From an uncultured Acidobacteriota bacterium (GTDB taxonomy: Bacteria > Acidobacteriota > Thermoanaerobaculia > UBA5066 > Gp7-AA6), in contig CAWCPN010000002.1 in the NCBI GenBank assembly GCA_963797495.1, positions 1,620,096 through 1,684,095 on the forward strand: a stretch of 64,000 bases of DNA, written 5' to 3'. This document shows, piece by piece, positions 51,739 through 61,552 of this stretch; position 1 is the first letter of the stretch, and each line of letters starts with the position of its first letter. The translations under genes were made by a program, and so were the position numbers. The notes under the pieces were generated by a model. That model was not told the DNA's origin. It made no database searches and worked only from the letters and a program-made list of their open reading frames with translations.

Positions 51739-51893
51739 TTCTCCTCCTAGGACGCGGCCGGATTCTATCGCCTCAGTTCCACCAGGATTGGCGCCGCCAG
51801 GCCGCCCGCCGCCCGTCGAAGCCTCCAAGAAAGAAGTGAGACGGAACTGAGGCTCCTTCTGAGCGGAACCGTATTAATCCCGGACACGGGACC

Positions 51894-54668
51894 ATGCCGC
51901 TGACTCCGGGTTCCAGGATCGGGCCCTACGAGGTGGTCGCCCGCCTCGGGGCGGGAGGCATGGGCGAGGTGTATCGGGCCCGCGACCCGAAGCTCAATCG
52001 CGACCTCGCCATCAAGGTGCTTCCCGCGGCCCTGTCGCGCGATGAAGGCTTTCTCATCCGGTTCCAGGCCGAGGCCCGCGCCGCCTCCTCTCTCAATCAC
52101 CCCAACATCATCACCATCCACGACATCGGCTCCGCTGACGGCCACTCGTACATCCTCATGGAACTCGTCGAGGGAAGGACCGTCCGCGAGCTGACCGAGC
52201 CCGGGGCGATGCCCCTGAAGAAGACTCTTCAGATCGCCGCTCAGGCGGCGGAAGGCCTCGCCGCCGCGCACGCGCGCGGAATCGTGCATCGGGACCTGAA
52301 GCCCGAAAACCTCATGGTTTCGAGGGACGGCGTCGTCAAGATCCTCGACTTCGGCCTCGCGAAGACCGTCACCGCCGAGGCCTCCGCGGAGGACCGCACC
52401 CTTTCCGCCGGCGTCTCCCAGACCGAGCCGGGCACGGTGCTCGGCACCGTGGGCTACATGTCGCCCGAGCAGGCCTCGGGCCAGCCCGTCGACTTCCGGG
52501 GCGACCAGTTCTCGCTCGGCACGATCGTCTACGAGATGGTCGCGGGCAAGCGGGCCTGGCGGCGCAAGACGCCCGCCGAGTCGCTCGTCGCGATCATCCG
52601 CGAGGAACCCGAACCTCTCGCCTCTGCCGCGCCCGACACGCCGACGGCGCTCCGTTGGATCGTCGAACGCTGCCTCGCCAAGGATCCCGAGGACCGCTAC
52701 GCCGCGACGAAAGACCTCGCGCGGGACCTGCGCGCGCTCTCCGACCACTTCTCCGACCTGACGACGGGCGGCTCAGTGCAGGGAGTCCATGCTCCCGCCG
52801 CGAAGCGGCATCGGACGCCCGCCGTCTGGACGGCCGCGGGCGGCGCGCTCGTTCTCGGCGCCGCCGCGGCCTGGCTCCTGCGTCCGGCACCGCCCCTTCC
52901 GACGCCTCCGCGGCCGAGCTATCTGACCTACTCGGGCCGGGAGTCGGAGCCGGCGATGTCCCCCGACGGCAGGGTCCTCGCGTTCAGCTCGGAGCGTACG
53001 CGCCAGAAGCGCATCTGGCTCAAGCAGCTCGCCGACGGCTCCGAGGCCGTGCTGACCTCGGGACCCGACCGGGCGCCGCGCTTTTCCCCCGACGGCGCAT
53101 CGATCCTTTTCACCCGAACCGAAGCACCCGGCAAACAGTCCCTCTACCGCATCCCCGTCGTCGGGGGAGAGCCGCGGCGCGTCGTCGAGAACGCCTTTCT
53201 GGCCGACTACTCGCCCGACGGCAGGCAGATCGTGTTCCTCCGCTCGTCGAACCTCGACGGGAACTACGGCTACGAGATCCTCGTTGCCCCCGCGACCGGC
53301 TCACCCGGGAAGGTGCTCCACCGGATCGACGCGTTGACCGCAAGCGCGCCGCGGTGGTCCCCCGACGGCCGCTTCGTCTCCGTCGCCTACAGCCTGACGG
53401 GCGCCCTCGGGGGGATTCCGTGGCGGATCGCGATCGTGCCGAGCGCCGGCGGTCCCGCGCGCACCATCGCGCCCGACGGAAAGCACGGCATGGTCTCGAC
53501 CGCGCTCTGGTCGGGCGACGGACGGGACCTCGTCTACGCGCAGCTCGACCCCGGCTACTTCCCGACGAGCGGACGGATCGTCCGGCAGGAGCTCTCGGGC
53601 GCGACGCGCGTGCTCTTCGGCGCCCTCAACCTCGGACTCACCCTCGACTACGCCGGCGACGGCGGTCTCGTCTACCAGGCCGACTCGATCCGCGGCAACC
53701 TCCGCCAGCAGAATCTCCCGACGGGCGGCCGTTTCGACGAGGGCCAGGATCCGCGCTGGCTGACCCGCGGCTACGGCGTCGATCGCCAGCCGGCGTACTC
53801 GCCCGACGGCCAGCGTGTGGTCTTTACGTCCAACCGCGACGGCAACATGAACATCTGGGAGCTCACGCTCGCGACGGGCGCGGTGCGGCGACTGACCGAC
53901 GACCCGGCGGACGACTGGGACCCCTTCGTCACGCGCGACGGCCAGCACCTGCTCTGGAGCTCGAATCGGAGCGGCAACTACGAAATCTGGATCGCCGGCG
54001 CCGACGGGACGAATCCGCGGCAACTCTCGCACGACAGGGACCTGGCACAGGCCGCCGCCGGCGGGCGCAAGGCCGGCGTGTCCGCCCCGGGCGAGCCGCT
54101 CGGCGACGCCGAGAACCCCACCGTCACTCCCGACGGTCAGTGGGTCGTGTATGGGGCCTATGGAGCGGAGACCGCCGGCGTCTGGAGGATCCGCATCGAC
54201 GGCTCCGAGCCGAAACAGATGGTCGCGGGCACGTTCCGCGACCCGAATCTTTCGCCCGATGGCCGCTTCGTGGGCGTCATCGACCTGCACTCCGCTCCGA
54301 GGATGCGGATCCTGCGTCTCGAGGACGGTCAGTTCCTTCCCTTCGTTCGCGACGTTCAGGTCGATCCGGCCACCGCTCAGGCCACGGCGCGGCTGCGCTG
54401 GGGTCCGGACGGCCGCTCGGTCTTCGTGGGGGGCCTCGACGATCGCGGGTTCGGCGGAGTCTTCCGCGAAGATTTCAACCCCTCGGGCCCGCAGTCCACG
54501 GTGCGGAAACCGGTCGCCGGGTTCGACGCCGACTACCGCGTCGACGGCTTCGCAGTTTCCCCCGATGGCCGCCGCATCACCCTCGCGGTGACGGAGCAGC
54601 CGTCGGATCTCGTCCTCATCGAGGGTCTCGGGGGGCTGCCTCCGCCGCCCCGGCGCACCGCTCCCTGA
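51894..54668 (+). CDS. Ser/Thr protein kinase with TM segment and C-terminal TolB-like beta-propeller domains
   Basis: LGAGGMGEVY, AIK, HRDLKPEN, DFGLA, GTVGYMSPE. TM AVWTAAGGALVLGAAAAWLL, then repeats of SPDG(R/Q) TolB-type blades. Confidence 0.8.
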   Translation: MPLTPGSRIGPYEVVARLGAGGMGEVYRARDPKLNRDLAIKVLPAALSRDEGFLIRFQAEARAASSLNHPNIITIHDIGSADGHSYILMELVEGRTVRELTEPGAMPLKKTLQIAAQAAEGLAAAHARGIVHRDLKPENLMVSRDGVVKILDFGLAKTVTAEASAEDRTLSAGVSQTEPGTVLGTVGYMSPEQASGQPVDFRGDQFSLGTIVYEMVAGKRAWRRKTPAESLVAIIREEPEPLASAAPDTPTALRWIVERCLAKDPEDRYAATKDLARDLRALSDHFSDLTTGGSVQGVHAPAAKRHRTPAVWTAAGGALVLGAAAAWLLRPAPPLPTPPRPSYLTYSGRESEPAMSPDGRVLAFSSERTRQKRIWLKQLADGSEAVLTSGPDRAPRFSPDGASILFTRTEAPGKQSLYRIPVVGGEPRRVVENAFLADYSPDGRQIVFLRSSNLDGNYGYEILVAPATGSPGKVLHRIDALTASAPRWSPDGRFVSVAYSLTGALGGIPWRIAIVPSAGGPARTIAPDGKHGMVSTALWSGDGRDLVYAQLDPGYFPTSGRIVRQELSGATRVLFGALNLGLTLDYAGDGGLVYQADSIRGNLRQQNLPTGGRFDEGQDPRWLTRGYGVDRQPAYSPDGQRVVFTSNRDGNMNIWELTLATGAVRRLTDDPADDWDPFVTRDGQHLLWSSNRSGNYEIWIAGADGTNPRQLSHDRDLAQAAAGGRKAGVSAPGEPLGDAENPTVTPDGQWVVYGAYGAETAGVWRIRIDGSEPKQMVAGTFRDPNLSPDGRFVGVIDLHSAPRMRILRLEDGQFLPFVRDVQVDPATAQATARLRWGPDGRSVFVGGLDDRGFGGVFREDFNPSGPQSTVRKPVAGFDADYRVDGFAVSPDGRRITLAVTEQPSDLVLIEGLGGLPPPPRRTAP

Positions 54669-54677
54669 AGGCTCCCG

Positions 54678-57557
54678 CTAGAACGCCGCGCGGATTCCGG
54701 CGCGTACGATGCGCGGGCTCTGGTACTCGCGGATGAGGTTGAACTGCGCGTCCTGTGAGAAGCTGTCGTTGCGCTCGCTGTATGTCCCGACTCTCGTCCG
54801 GCGCCGCAGGACCGTGCTCGCGTTGGCGACGTTGAGGACGTCGATCGAGGGCGTGATCGAAACGGGCCCGACGGCGAACGTGTTCTCCAGGCGCAGGTCG
54901 AGCTCGTAGACGTCGTCCAGCCGGTATGTCCCGACCGGGTCCGTCAGCACGTTCACGGTGTCGCCCTGCGTGTCCGTGGTCCGGATCCGGACGAAGTACT
55001 CGAGCGGAAAGCCCTGGCGACCGACGAAGTTCCCGGCCACGGCGAAGCCGAGCGGGAGCCGGTACAGCCCGCTGAGGCTGAACGTCCAGGCGGAGAACGT
55101 CGCCGGGACGCCGGTTACCTTGCCGCCGTCGCGGTTCGGTCCGCCCGGCACGCCCTGCGTGTTCAGTCCGCTGGCGAGGTCGTTCGGGTCGAAGACGGCT
55201 TCGGGCGACACCGACTGCTTCCACGAGTTCCAGGAGAACGTGCCGCGGACGAGCCAGCGGTCGGCGAAGGGCCGCACGACCGACAGCCCGACCCCGTTGT
55301 ACGTCTGGCGGTAGGCCGGCCGGTTTTGCAACTCGACGCCGAACGGGGGCGGGTCCAGGGTCAGGCCGAAGTACGGGACGTCGAACGCGACCTGGAAACC
55401 GAAGGGATCGGTGGCCGTGCCCCGGGCCTGCCCCGAGTAGGCGTAGCCGCCTCCTCCGCCCGTCACGCCGACGAACGGCGTGAACGGCAGGCCGTGGATC
55501 GAGCGCCAGGTGTACTGGAGCGAGGCGGTCAGACCGCACACCAGCTCCTGGTCGAAGCCGACGACGACCTCGTCGACCTTCGTCGCCACGAAGTCCGGAC
55601 TGATCCGGTTGGGCGAGGTCAGCGAGCCCGGGTTGGACGGATCCACGCCATACGCGCCGACCGGGCTGCCCGGATCGAACTCGCCGGGATCCACGATGTG
55701 GTTCCCATTCGTGTCTTCCCAGTAGTAGTAGACGCCCTGCGTGCCGGGAAAGGCGTTGCTCACGAAGACCTGATTGAGCGCGAGGTCTGCGAAGCGCGCA
55801 TAGGAGGCCCGCAGTAGCGTGTGCCGCTCCTTTCCAACGGCGTACGTCGCGCCCACCCGGGGCTGCCAGGCGCCCGCCGCGATCGGGTAGCCGTCGTCGC
55901 CCGCGTACTCGATCCCCGGCAGAACGTCCGGGTAGGACGGGTTGGCGCCGACCGCGGAGGCCGTGTTGCGCGCCTTTCCATAGTCGTAGCGCAGGCCCAA
56001 GTTGACCGTCAGGCGGTCGGCCGAGATCGTGTCGCTCACGAATCCGCCGATCTGGTAGGCCTTCGAGCCGGTCGCCGCCGCGCGCGTCACGAAGGCCAGA
56101 CCCTGCTGCTCGTCCCCCCAGACCCGGTCCCCCGGCGCGGCGGAGAGCGAGTCGAAGACCGTGGACTTGTATCCGAAGCCGAACTTCAGCTCGTGTGAGA
56201 GGCCGCCCGTCCCGAAGAACTTGGAGGCCGATGCGCCGATCTGGCGCTGAATGGCGTGCGCCTGGAAGATGTAATTGCTGCCGCGAAGCACCCCGTCGCC
56301 GTCGACGTACATCGGGGTGTCGACGCCTCCCACCGGCAGCGCATCCTGCCGGAAGTCCAGGTACGAGAAGAACGCCGATGCCGTGAGGCTCGGCGAGAAC
56401 ACCTGTGTGTCCGAGATCTTGTACAACGGCGTCGGCTGATCGAGGTCCCGGCCCGATTCGGGCGCCACGTTGACTCCCACGCCGCGCCCCGCCTGGGTCC
56501 GCTGCCCGTGGTGGTAGAAAAGCCCGAGAGAGTTGGAGGCCGCGAGCTGCGCGTCCAGGCGCGCGTCGAAATTGACGAGTGTTGTGTCCTCCCGGACCGG
56601 ACGGCCCGCCGTGTCGACCTGACCGACCTTGTCGAGGTCGATATCGTCGTCGCCCCAGGCGCCCCAAAGCCAGAGGCGGTCCGGAACGAGAGACGCGCCG
56701 GCCTCGACTCCGTAGTCCCGGAGCACGTTGGTGCGGTTCGCCTCCAGGCCGGAGAGGTCCACCTCGGCGGGCGTGTTGTCGTCCTGCCACCGGTTCGGGG
56801 CATAGAAGTAGCGGCCCGAACCGTGGATCCCGTTCGAGCCGCGCCGGGTCACGAGGTTGAACGTCGCCGCGGAAGAAAGAAGGCCCGCGTCCGAGCCTCC
56901 GGTGACGACCTGGATCGCCTGGAAGGCGTCGTAGTTGTAGTACATCGGCGAGATGCCGGCGAGCGTAATGTCCGCGCCGTCGTAGTTGTACAACGCACCG
57001 CTCACGCCCTTGGACACCGGGACCGCCTGGAGCACCGAGTTGCCCGCGACGTCGACCTGGTCGTCGACGACGTTGGGCACCTCCCAGAGCACCGCCCAGA
57101 TGTCGCGGGCATTGGGGATCTCCTGGAGCTCCTCCTTGCCGAATGTGGCGCCGGTGACGGTCTTGCGCGCGTCGATCGAAGGCAAGGCGCCCGTCATGGT
57201 CACGGATTCCGGCGCAGCCGCGGGTTTCATCGCCACGCGGAGCGTCGTGCTCCGGTCGACCGCAACGGCGACCTCGCGGTAATCCACGGTCGCGAACCCG
57301 GAACGCGAGAGCGTCACGTCGTAGATGCCGGGCGAAAGGTACAGGAAGCGGAACGTGCCTCGCGCGTCCGTTTCGACGGGCGGCCGCTCGCCGGCGAGGG
57401 GACCGCGGAGGGTCGCCTCGACTCCGGAGAGCGGCGCCCCCTGCACGTCGACCACGGTCCCGAAGATGTTGCCCGTCGAGGGAAGCGTCTGCGCGGCGAC
57501 GCCGGAAGCAAACGCGAGTGCGAGGGCCCACGGCGAGAGTCGACGGACGATGCTCAT
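54678..57557 (-). CDS. TonB-dependent receptor-like outer-membrane protein with N-terminal CarbopepD_reg (carboxypeptidase regulatory-like) domain
   Basis: Signal peptide, GTVVDVQGAPLSGVEATLRG...RGTFRFLYLSPGIYDVTLSRSGF, then a long beta-barrel ending with a C-terminal aromatic residue (…RAAF). Confidence 0.7.
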   Translation of the reverse strand: MSIVRRLSPWALALAFASGVAAQTLPSTGNIFGTVVDVQGAPLSGVEATLRGPLAGERPPVETDARGTFRFLYLSPGIYDVTLSRSGFATVDYREVAVAVDRSTTLRVAMKPAAAPESVTMTGALPSIDARKTVTGATFGKEELQEIPNARDIWAVLWEVPNVVDDQVDVAGNSVLQAVPVSKGVSGALYNYDGADITLAGISPMYYNYDAFQAIQVVTGGSDAGLLSSAATFNLVTRRGSNGIHGSGRYFYAPNRWQDDNTPAEVDLSGLEANRTNVLRDYGVEAGASLVPDRLWLWGAWGDDDIDLDKVGQVDTAGRPVREDTTLVNFDARLDAQLAASNSLGLFYHHGQRTQAGRGVGVNVAPESGRDLDQPTPLYKISDTQVFSPSLTASAFFSYLDFRQDALPVGGVDTPMYVDGDGVLRGSNYIFQAHAIQRQIGASASKFFGTGGLSHELKFGFGYKSTVFDSLSAAPGDRVWGDEQQGLAFVTRAAATGSKAYQIGGFVSDTISADRLTVNLGLRYDYGKARNTASAVGANPSYPDVLPGIEYAGDDGYPIAAGAWQPRVGATYAVGKERHTLLRASYARFADLALNQVFVSNAFPGTQGVYYYWEDTNGNHIVDPGEFDPGSPVGAYGVDPSNPGSLTSPNRISPDFVATKVDEVVVGFDQELVCGLTASLQYTWRSIHGLPFTPFVGVTGGGGGYAYSGQARGTATDPFGFQVAFDVPYFGLTLDPPPFGVELQNRPAYRQTYNGVGLSVVRPFADRWLVRGTFSWNSWKQSVSPEAVFDPNDLASGLNTQGVPGGPNRDGGKVTGVPATFSAWTFSLSGLYRLPLGFAVAGNFVGRQGFPLEYFVRIRTTDTQGDTVNVLTDPVGTYRLDDVYELDLRLENTFAVGPVSITPSIDVLNVANASTVLRRRTRVGTYSERNDSFSQDAQFNLIREYQSPRIVRAGIRAAF

Positions 57558-57564
57558 GGTCGCC

Positions 57565-58206
57565 TCACTCCTTCGGATACCCGGGCATCGCCTGGATCTC
57601 GAGAATCTGAGCGGTGTGCCTCTCGCCATGAGCCGCGATCAGGATGAGCCACTGGTATCCGTCCATGAGCCCCATCTCCGGGTGAGGCGCCGTGTGCGCA
57701 CGCACGTCGTCCCGGGTTGCCTTCACGTACGCGATCGTCCGCGCGCGATTGCCGAGGAACTCCTTCTCGAAGGCCACCGGCCCCGCCCAGCGGTCCGTCG
57801 GCGCGAGAAAGTCCGGCCGCATCATCCGGTGCTGAGTCCTGTCCGGAATCTCGGCCGCGATCCGCTGGTCCTTGCCGGCCGTTTCGGCCTTCTTCTCGGG
57901 GGCGGCCGGGATTCCGGCCATCAGCCCCTGCACGAACTCGAGCGTCCGGACCTCGGCGAGATCCAGGTGGTCGGCGACCTCGCCGATCGACCACCGGTCC
58001 GGCGCCGGCTTCCAGTGCCACTGGGTGGTGGAGACGCCCTGGATCGCCGCGAAGAGCTTCTTCTGGCTCGCGTCGAGCTTCACCAGCAGATTCCGCCGCT
58101 CCTCCGGCGTAATGGTCGCGGGGGCGGCCCCCGGCGCGGACACGGACGCGCCCCGAAAGACGCCGACCAGGCCCAGGACCAGGGCTGCCGTCAATCTCGC
58201 CGGCAT
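57565..58206 (-). CDS. DinB/YfiT-like (DinB_2) metal-dependent hydrolase family protein, secreted
   Basis: Signal peptide MPARLTAALVLGLVG. Conserved His/Asp spacing WSIGEVADHL...AAHGERHTAQI. Confidence 0.6.
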   Translation of the reverse strand: MPARLTAALVLGLVGVFRGASVSAPGAAPATITPEERRNLLVKLDASQKKLFAAIQGVSTTQWHWKPAPDRWSIGEVADHLDLAEVRTLEFVQGLMAGIPAAPEKKAETAGKDQRIAAEIPDRTQHRMMRPDFLAPTDRWAGPVAFEKEFLGNRARTIAYVKATRDDVRAHTAPHPEMGLMDGYQWLILIAAHGERHTAQILEIQAMPGYPKE

Positions 58207-58279
58207 GAGAACTCCTCCGTTGCCGCGATGGTGGTGCGAGCGGGCCGCGTCTGTCCTTGTAGAATCCTCAGAAATTCCT

Positions 58280-58915
58280 GTGCGATTGGAACTGGGCTCG
58301 ATCACGCTCGATACGGAACGCCGGCAGCTCCTCCGGGGTCGGGAGGCCCTGCACGTCTCGGCCAAGGCCTACCAACTCCTCGTCCACCTGGTCGAGAACC
58401 GCCCGCGCGCGGTGTCCAAGGAGGAGATCGGGCAGGCGCTGTGGCCCGACACCTACGTGTCCGAGACGAGTCTGACGACGCTCGTCAACGAGCTTCGGAC
58501 GGTGCTCGGGGAAACGGCGCGCTCGGCCCGGCTCATTCGCACCGTCCACGGTTTCGGCTACGCCTTCGCCGAGCTCGACGGGAGCGCGCGCGCCGCGTGC
58601 CGGCTCGTCTGGGGCGCGCGCGAGGTGCCCCTGCAGCCGGGCGAGAACATCCTCGGCCGCGAGCCGGGGACGCAGGGGTCGATCCCCGACGCCTCCGTGT
58701 CTCGGCGCCACGCGCGGATTCTCGTGCGCGGCGAGGCCGCGACGATCGAGGACCTCGGCAGCAAAAACGGCACTTTCGTCGACGACCGGAGACTCGACGG
58801 CCCCGTCGATCTCGCCGACGGCGACGCCGTGCGCCTCGGGCTCGTCACGCTGGTGTTCCGCTCGGGCAGCGAGGGCGTCTCCAGCACCCGCACCGTCGAG
58901 GGCGGTACGGCGTGA
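58280..58915 (+). CDS. Transcriptional regulator with OmpR/PhoB-type winged-helix DNA-binding domain fused to an FHA domain (minimal EmbR-like)
   Basis: Trans_reg_C LLRGREALHVSAKAYQLLVHLVENRPRAVSKEEIGQALWPDTYVSETSLTTLVNELRTVL. FHA ILGREPG...SVSRRHARI...DLGSKNGTFVDDRRL. GTG start. Stop overlaps the kinase GTG (GTGA). Confidence 0.65.
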   Translation: MRLELGSITLDTERRQLLRGREALHVSAKAYQLLVHLVENRPRAVSKEEIGQALWPDTYVSETSLTTLVNELRTVLGETARSARLIRTVHGFGYAFAELDGSARAACRLVWGAREVPLQPGENILGREPGTQGSIPDASVSRRHARILVRGEAATIEDLGSKNGTFVDDRRLDGPVDLADGDAVRLGLVTLVFRSGSEGVSSTRTVEGGTA

Positions 58916-61491
58916 ACGCGCGGACTGGAGTGTCCGTGCCGGCGGGCACACGGCTCGGCCGGTACGATGTGCTCTCTCCCGTCGGCGCGGGCGGCATGGG
59001 CGAGGTCTATCGCGGGCTCGACACCGAGCTCGGCCGCGAGGTCGCGCTGAAGGTCCTTCCCCAACCTCTCGCCGGCGACCCGGACCGGCTCGCCCGCTTC
59101 GAGCGCGAGGCCCGAACGGTCTCCTCGCTGCACCATCCGAACATCGTCGTCGTCCACGAGATCTCCCGCCAGGGGGAGACCGCCTTCATCGCGATGGAGC
59201 TCGTCGACGGCAAGACGCTGGCCGAGGTGATCTCGGCGGGGGCGACACCGCCGCGACGCGCGCTCGCGCTCGCGGCGCAGCTCGCTGACGGCCTGGCGCG
59301 CGCGCACGAGGCGGGAGTGGTCCACCGGGACCTCAAGCCCGAGAACGTCATGGTCACGCGCGAGGGGAGCGTCAAGATCCTCGACTTCGGCCTCGCGCGC
59401 GCGACGCCGCTCGCCGCGGACCCCGCGGAGGCCACTCTGTCGGTCGACGTCCACACGCTTCCCGGGACCGTGCTGGGAACCGTCGGCTACATGTCGCCCG
59501 AGCAGGCCTCCGGATTGCCGGTCGACTTCCGCTCGGACCAGTTCGCGTTCGGGACGCTGCTGCACGAGATGCTGTCGGGCCGGCGGCTCTGGAGGCGCGC
59601 CACGGCCGCGGAAACGCTCGCCGCGATCATCCGCGAGGACGCGCCGCCGCTCCCGGTGGCGCCTCCCGCGGTCCGTCGGATCCTCAACCGCTGTCTCGCG
59701 AAGGATCCTCTCGAGCGCTACGCGGCGACGCGGGATCTCGCCCGGGACGCCGCCGACGCGAGGGACGGGGTCTCCGACACGTTCGGCCTGGGCGCGGCGC
59801 TTCCGACCCGGCCGCGCCGCCGCGCTCTCCTGGCCGCGGCCGCCATGGCGCTCCTCGGGGCCGGCATCGCGGCGGGCTGGGCGCTCGCGCGCGCCCGACC
59901 GCAGAACGTGTCGCCGACCCCCTCGTTCCGTCGCCTGACGTTCCGCCGCGGGTCGGTCGGCAGCGCCCGCTTCACCCTGGACGGCCGGACCGTCATCTAC
60001 GGAGCGGCCTGGGCCGGCAGCAGGCCGGGCATCTACCTGACACGTTTCGACAGCCCGGAATCCCGCATGCTCGACTTCGGCCCGTCGAGCCTCCTCTCGG
60101 TCTCCCGCAACGACGAGCTCGCATTGCTGCTCACGCCCGGTAGCGTGGGCACCCTCGCCGTGGCCCCCCTCAACGGGGGAACTCCCCGCCCTCGCGTCGA
60201 GTCGGTCGACGCGGGAGCCGACTGGACGCCCGACGGCCGGGACCTCGCCGCCGTGCGCACCATCGATGAACGAAACCGGCTCGAGTTCCCGATCGGCCAC
60301 GTCCTCGTTCCCGATGGAGTCACGTCGCCGCGTTTCTCGCCGTCGGGCGATCGCATCGCGTTCTTCGAGACGGCGGCCAGCGACACGTCGGTTTCGGTGA
60401 TCGACGCCCGCGGCGGGTCGAAACGGGCCCTGTCCACCGCCTGGAAGAACGTCGCCGGATCGATCGCGTGGACGGCCGACGGAGGCGAAGTCTGGTTCAC
60501 GGCCGCCGAGAAGCCGGGAGAGCCCACGGCGCTCTGGTCCGTCGCGCTCTCGGGCCGCCGACGCCTCGTCCTGCGTGCTCCCGGCGGGCTCGAGCTCCAC
60601 GACGTCGCCCGCGACGGGCGGGCGCTCGTCGGCAGCTCCACGCTTCAGGGCCACCTTCAGGTCGGGGCCGTCAGGGGCGAGATGCGGGAGATTTCGTGGT
60701 TCGACCGGTCCATGGCGGCGGACCTCGCCGCCGACGGCGGCACCGTGCTCGTCAATGAATTGGGCGAGAGTTTCGAGGACCCGACGATGTACCTGAGGAG
60801 CGCGGCCGGCGCTCCACCCGTCCGGCTTTCCCGCGGCACCGGCTTCGCCCTCTCGCCGGACGGCCGCTGGGTCCTCGCCGCCCGGCCGGGGTCCGACGCC
60901 GGTCTCCTCCTCGTGCCCACCGGAACGGGCGAGGCCCGTTCTCTCCGCAGCGCCGGCTTGCGGGACCACAACTGGGGCGCATGGCTTGCCGGCGGCGAAG
61001 GCGTCGTCTTCTCCGCAATCGGACCCTCCGGACGTTCCCGGGTATACGTGCAGAGCCTGGAGGACGGCGCCTCGCCGCGTCCGATCAGCCCCGAGGGAAC
61101 CTGGATCGCATCCTTCACGAATCCGGTGTCCCCCGACGGCAAGAGCGTCGTCGTCGGGTCGGGCCAGTTCTCCTGGACCACGGCGGACCATGCGATCTAC
61201 CCCGTCGACGGAGGCGGATCGGCACGCCCGGTACCGGGCCTCGACCGGGGGGAGGTCGTCATCCAGTGGGCCGTCGATTCGCGGTCGCTCTTCTTCATCC
61301 GAATCGGAGAACGGCCGATGCGCGTCTGGAAGCTCGACCTCGAAACCGGGAAGCGGACCCTGTGGGGCGTCGTGCCCGCGGACGCATCCATGCAGTTCTT
61401 TCGCGTGAGGATCACGCCCGACGGCACGACGTGGGCGTACGGCGGCCAGACGGTGCTGTCCACGCTCTACGTCGTCGAGGGACTCCGGTGA
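58912..61491 (+). CDS. Ser/Thr protein kinase with TolB-like beta-propeller C-terminal domains (paralog of 51894)
   Basis: Same kinase subdomains (VGAGGMGEVY, HRDLKPEN, DFGLA, GTVGYMSPE), TM, and propeller repeats. Confidence 0.8.
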   Translation: MNARTGVSVPAGTRLGRYDVLSPVGAGGMGEVYRGLDTELGREVALKVLPQPLAGDPDRLARFEREARTVSSLHHPNIVVVHEISRQGETAFIAMELVDGKTLAEVISAGATPPRRALALAAQLADGLARAHEAGVVHRDLKPENVMVTREGSVKILDFGLARATPLAADPAEATLSVDVHTLPGTVLGTVGYMSPEQASGLPVDFRSDQFAFGTLLHEMLSGRRLWRRATAAETLAAIIREDAPPLPVAPPAVRRILNRCLAKDPLERYAATRDLARDAADARDGVSDTFGLGAALPTRPRRRALLAAAAMALLGAGIAAGWALARARPQNVSPTPSFRRLTFRRGSVGSARFTLDGRTVIYGAAWAGSRPGIYLTRFDSPESRMLDFGPSSLLSVSRNDELALLLTPGSVGTLAVAPLNGGTPRPRVESVDAGADWTPDGRDLAAVRTIDERNRLEFPIGHVLVPDGVTSPRFSPSGDRIAFFETAASDTSVSVIDARGGSKRALSTAWKNVAGSIAWTADGGEVWFTAAEKPGEPTALWSVALSGRRRLVLRAPGGLELHDVARDGRALVGSSTLQGHLQVGAVRGEMREISWFDRSMAADLAADGGTVLVNELGESFEDPTMYLRSAAGAPPVRLSRGTGFALSPDGRWVLAARPGSDAGLLLVPTGTGEARSLRSAGLRDHNWGAWLAGGEGVVFSAIGPSGRSRVYVQSLEDGASPRPISPEGTWIASFTNPVSPDGKSVVVGSGQFSWTTADHAIYPVDGGGSARPVPGLDRGEVVIQWAVDSRSLFFIRIGERPMRVWKLDLETGKRTLWGVVPADASMQFFRVRITPDGTTWAYGGQTVLSTLYVVEGLR

Positions 61492-61552
61492 GGGCCAGGA
61501 CGCACCGCTTGAGCTGCATTCGCCCGCTGGCCTTCGCCGCCCGGGAGCTTTC

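Noticed and set aside
49111-51750. 879-aa plus ORF and 674-aa minus ORF (49193..51217)
   Set aside because: Antisense or off-frame to the M1 aminopeptidase, which has the HEXXH zinc motif.
52655-54736. 693-aa plus-strand ORF
   Set aside because: Off-frame overlap of kinase 1 (51894..54668). Arg/Pro/Gly-rich.
54616-57647. 971-aa minus ORF and 463-aa plus ORF (56256..57647)
   Set aside because: Off-frame or antisense to the TonB-dependent receptor gene 54678..57557.
57325-58911. 5' 1.6 kb of the 1388-aa plus ORF
   Set aside because: Only the part from GTG 58912 encodes the kinase. The upstream part is antisense to the DinB-like gene and off-frame with the wHTH-FHA regulator.
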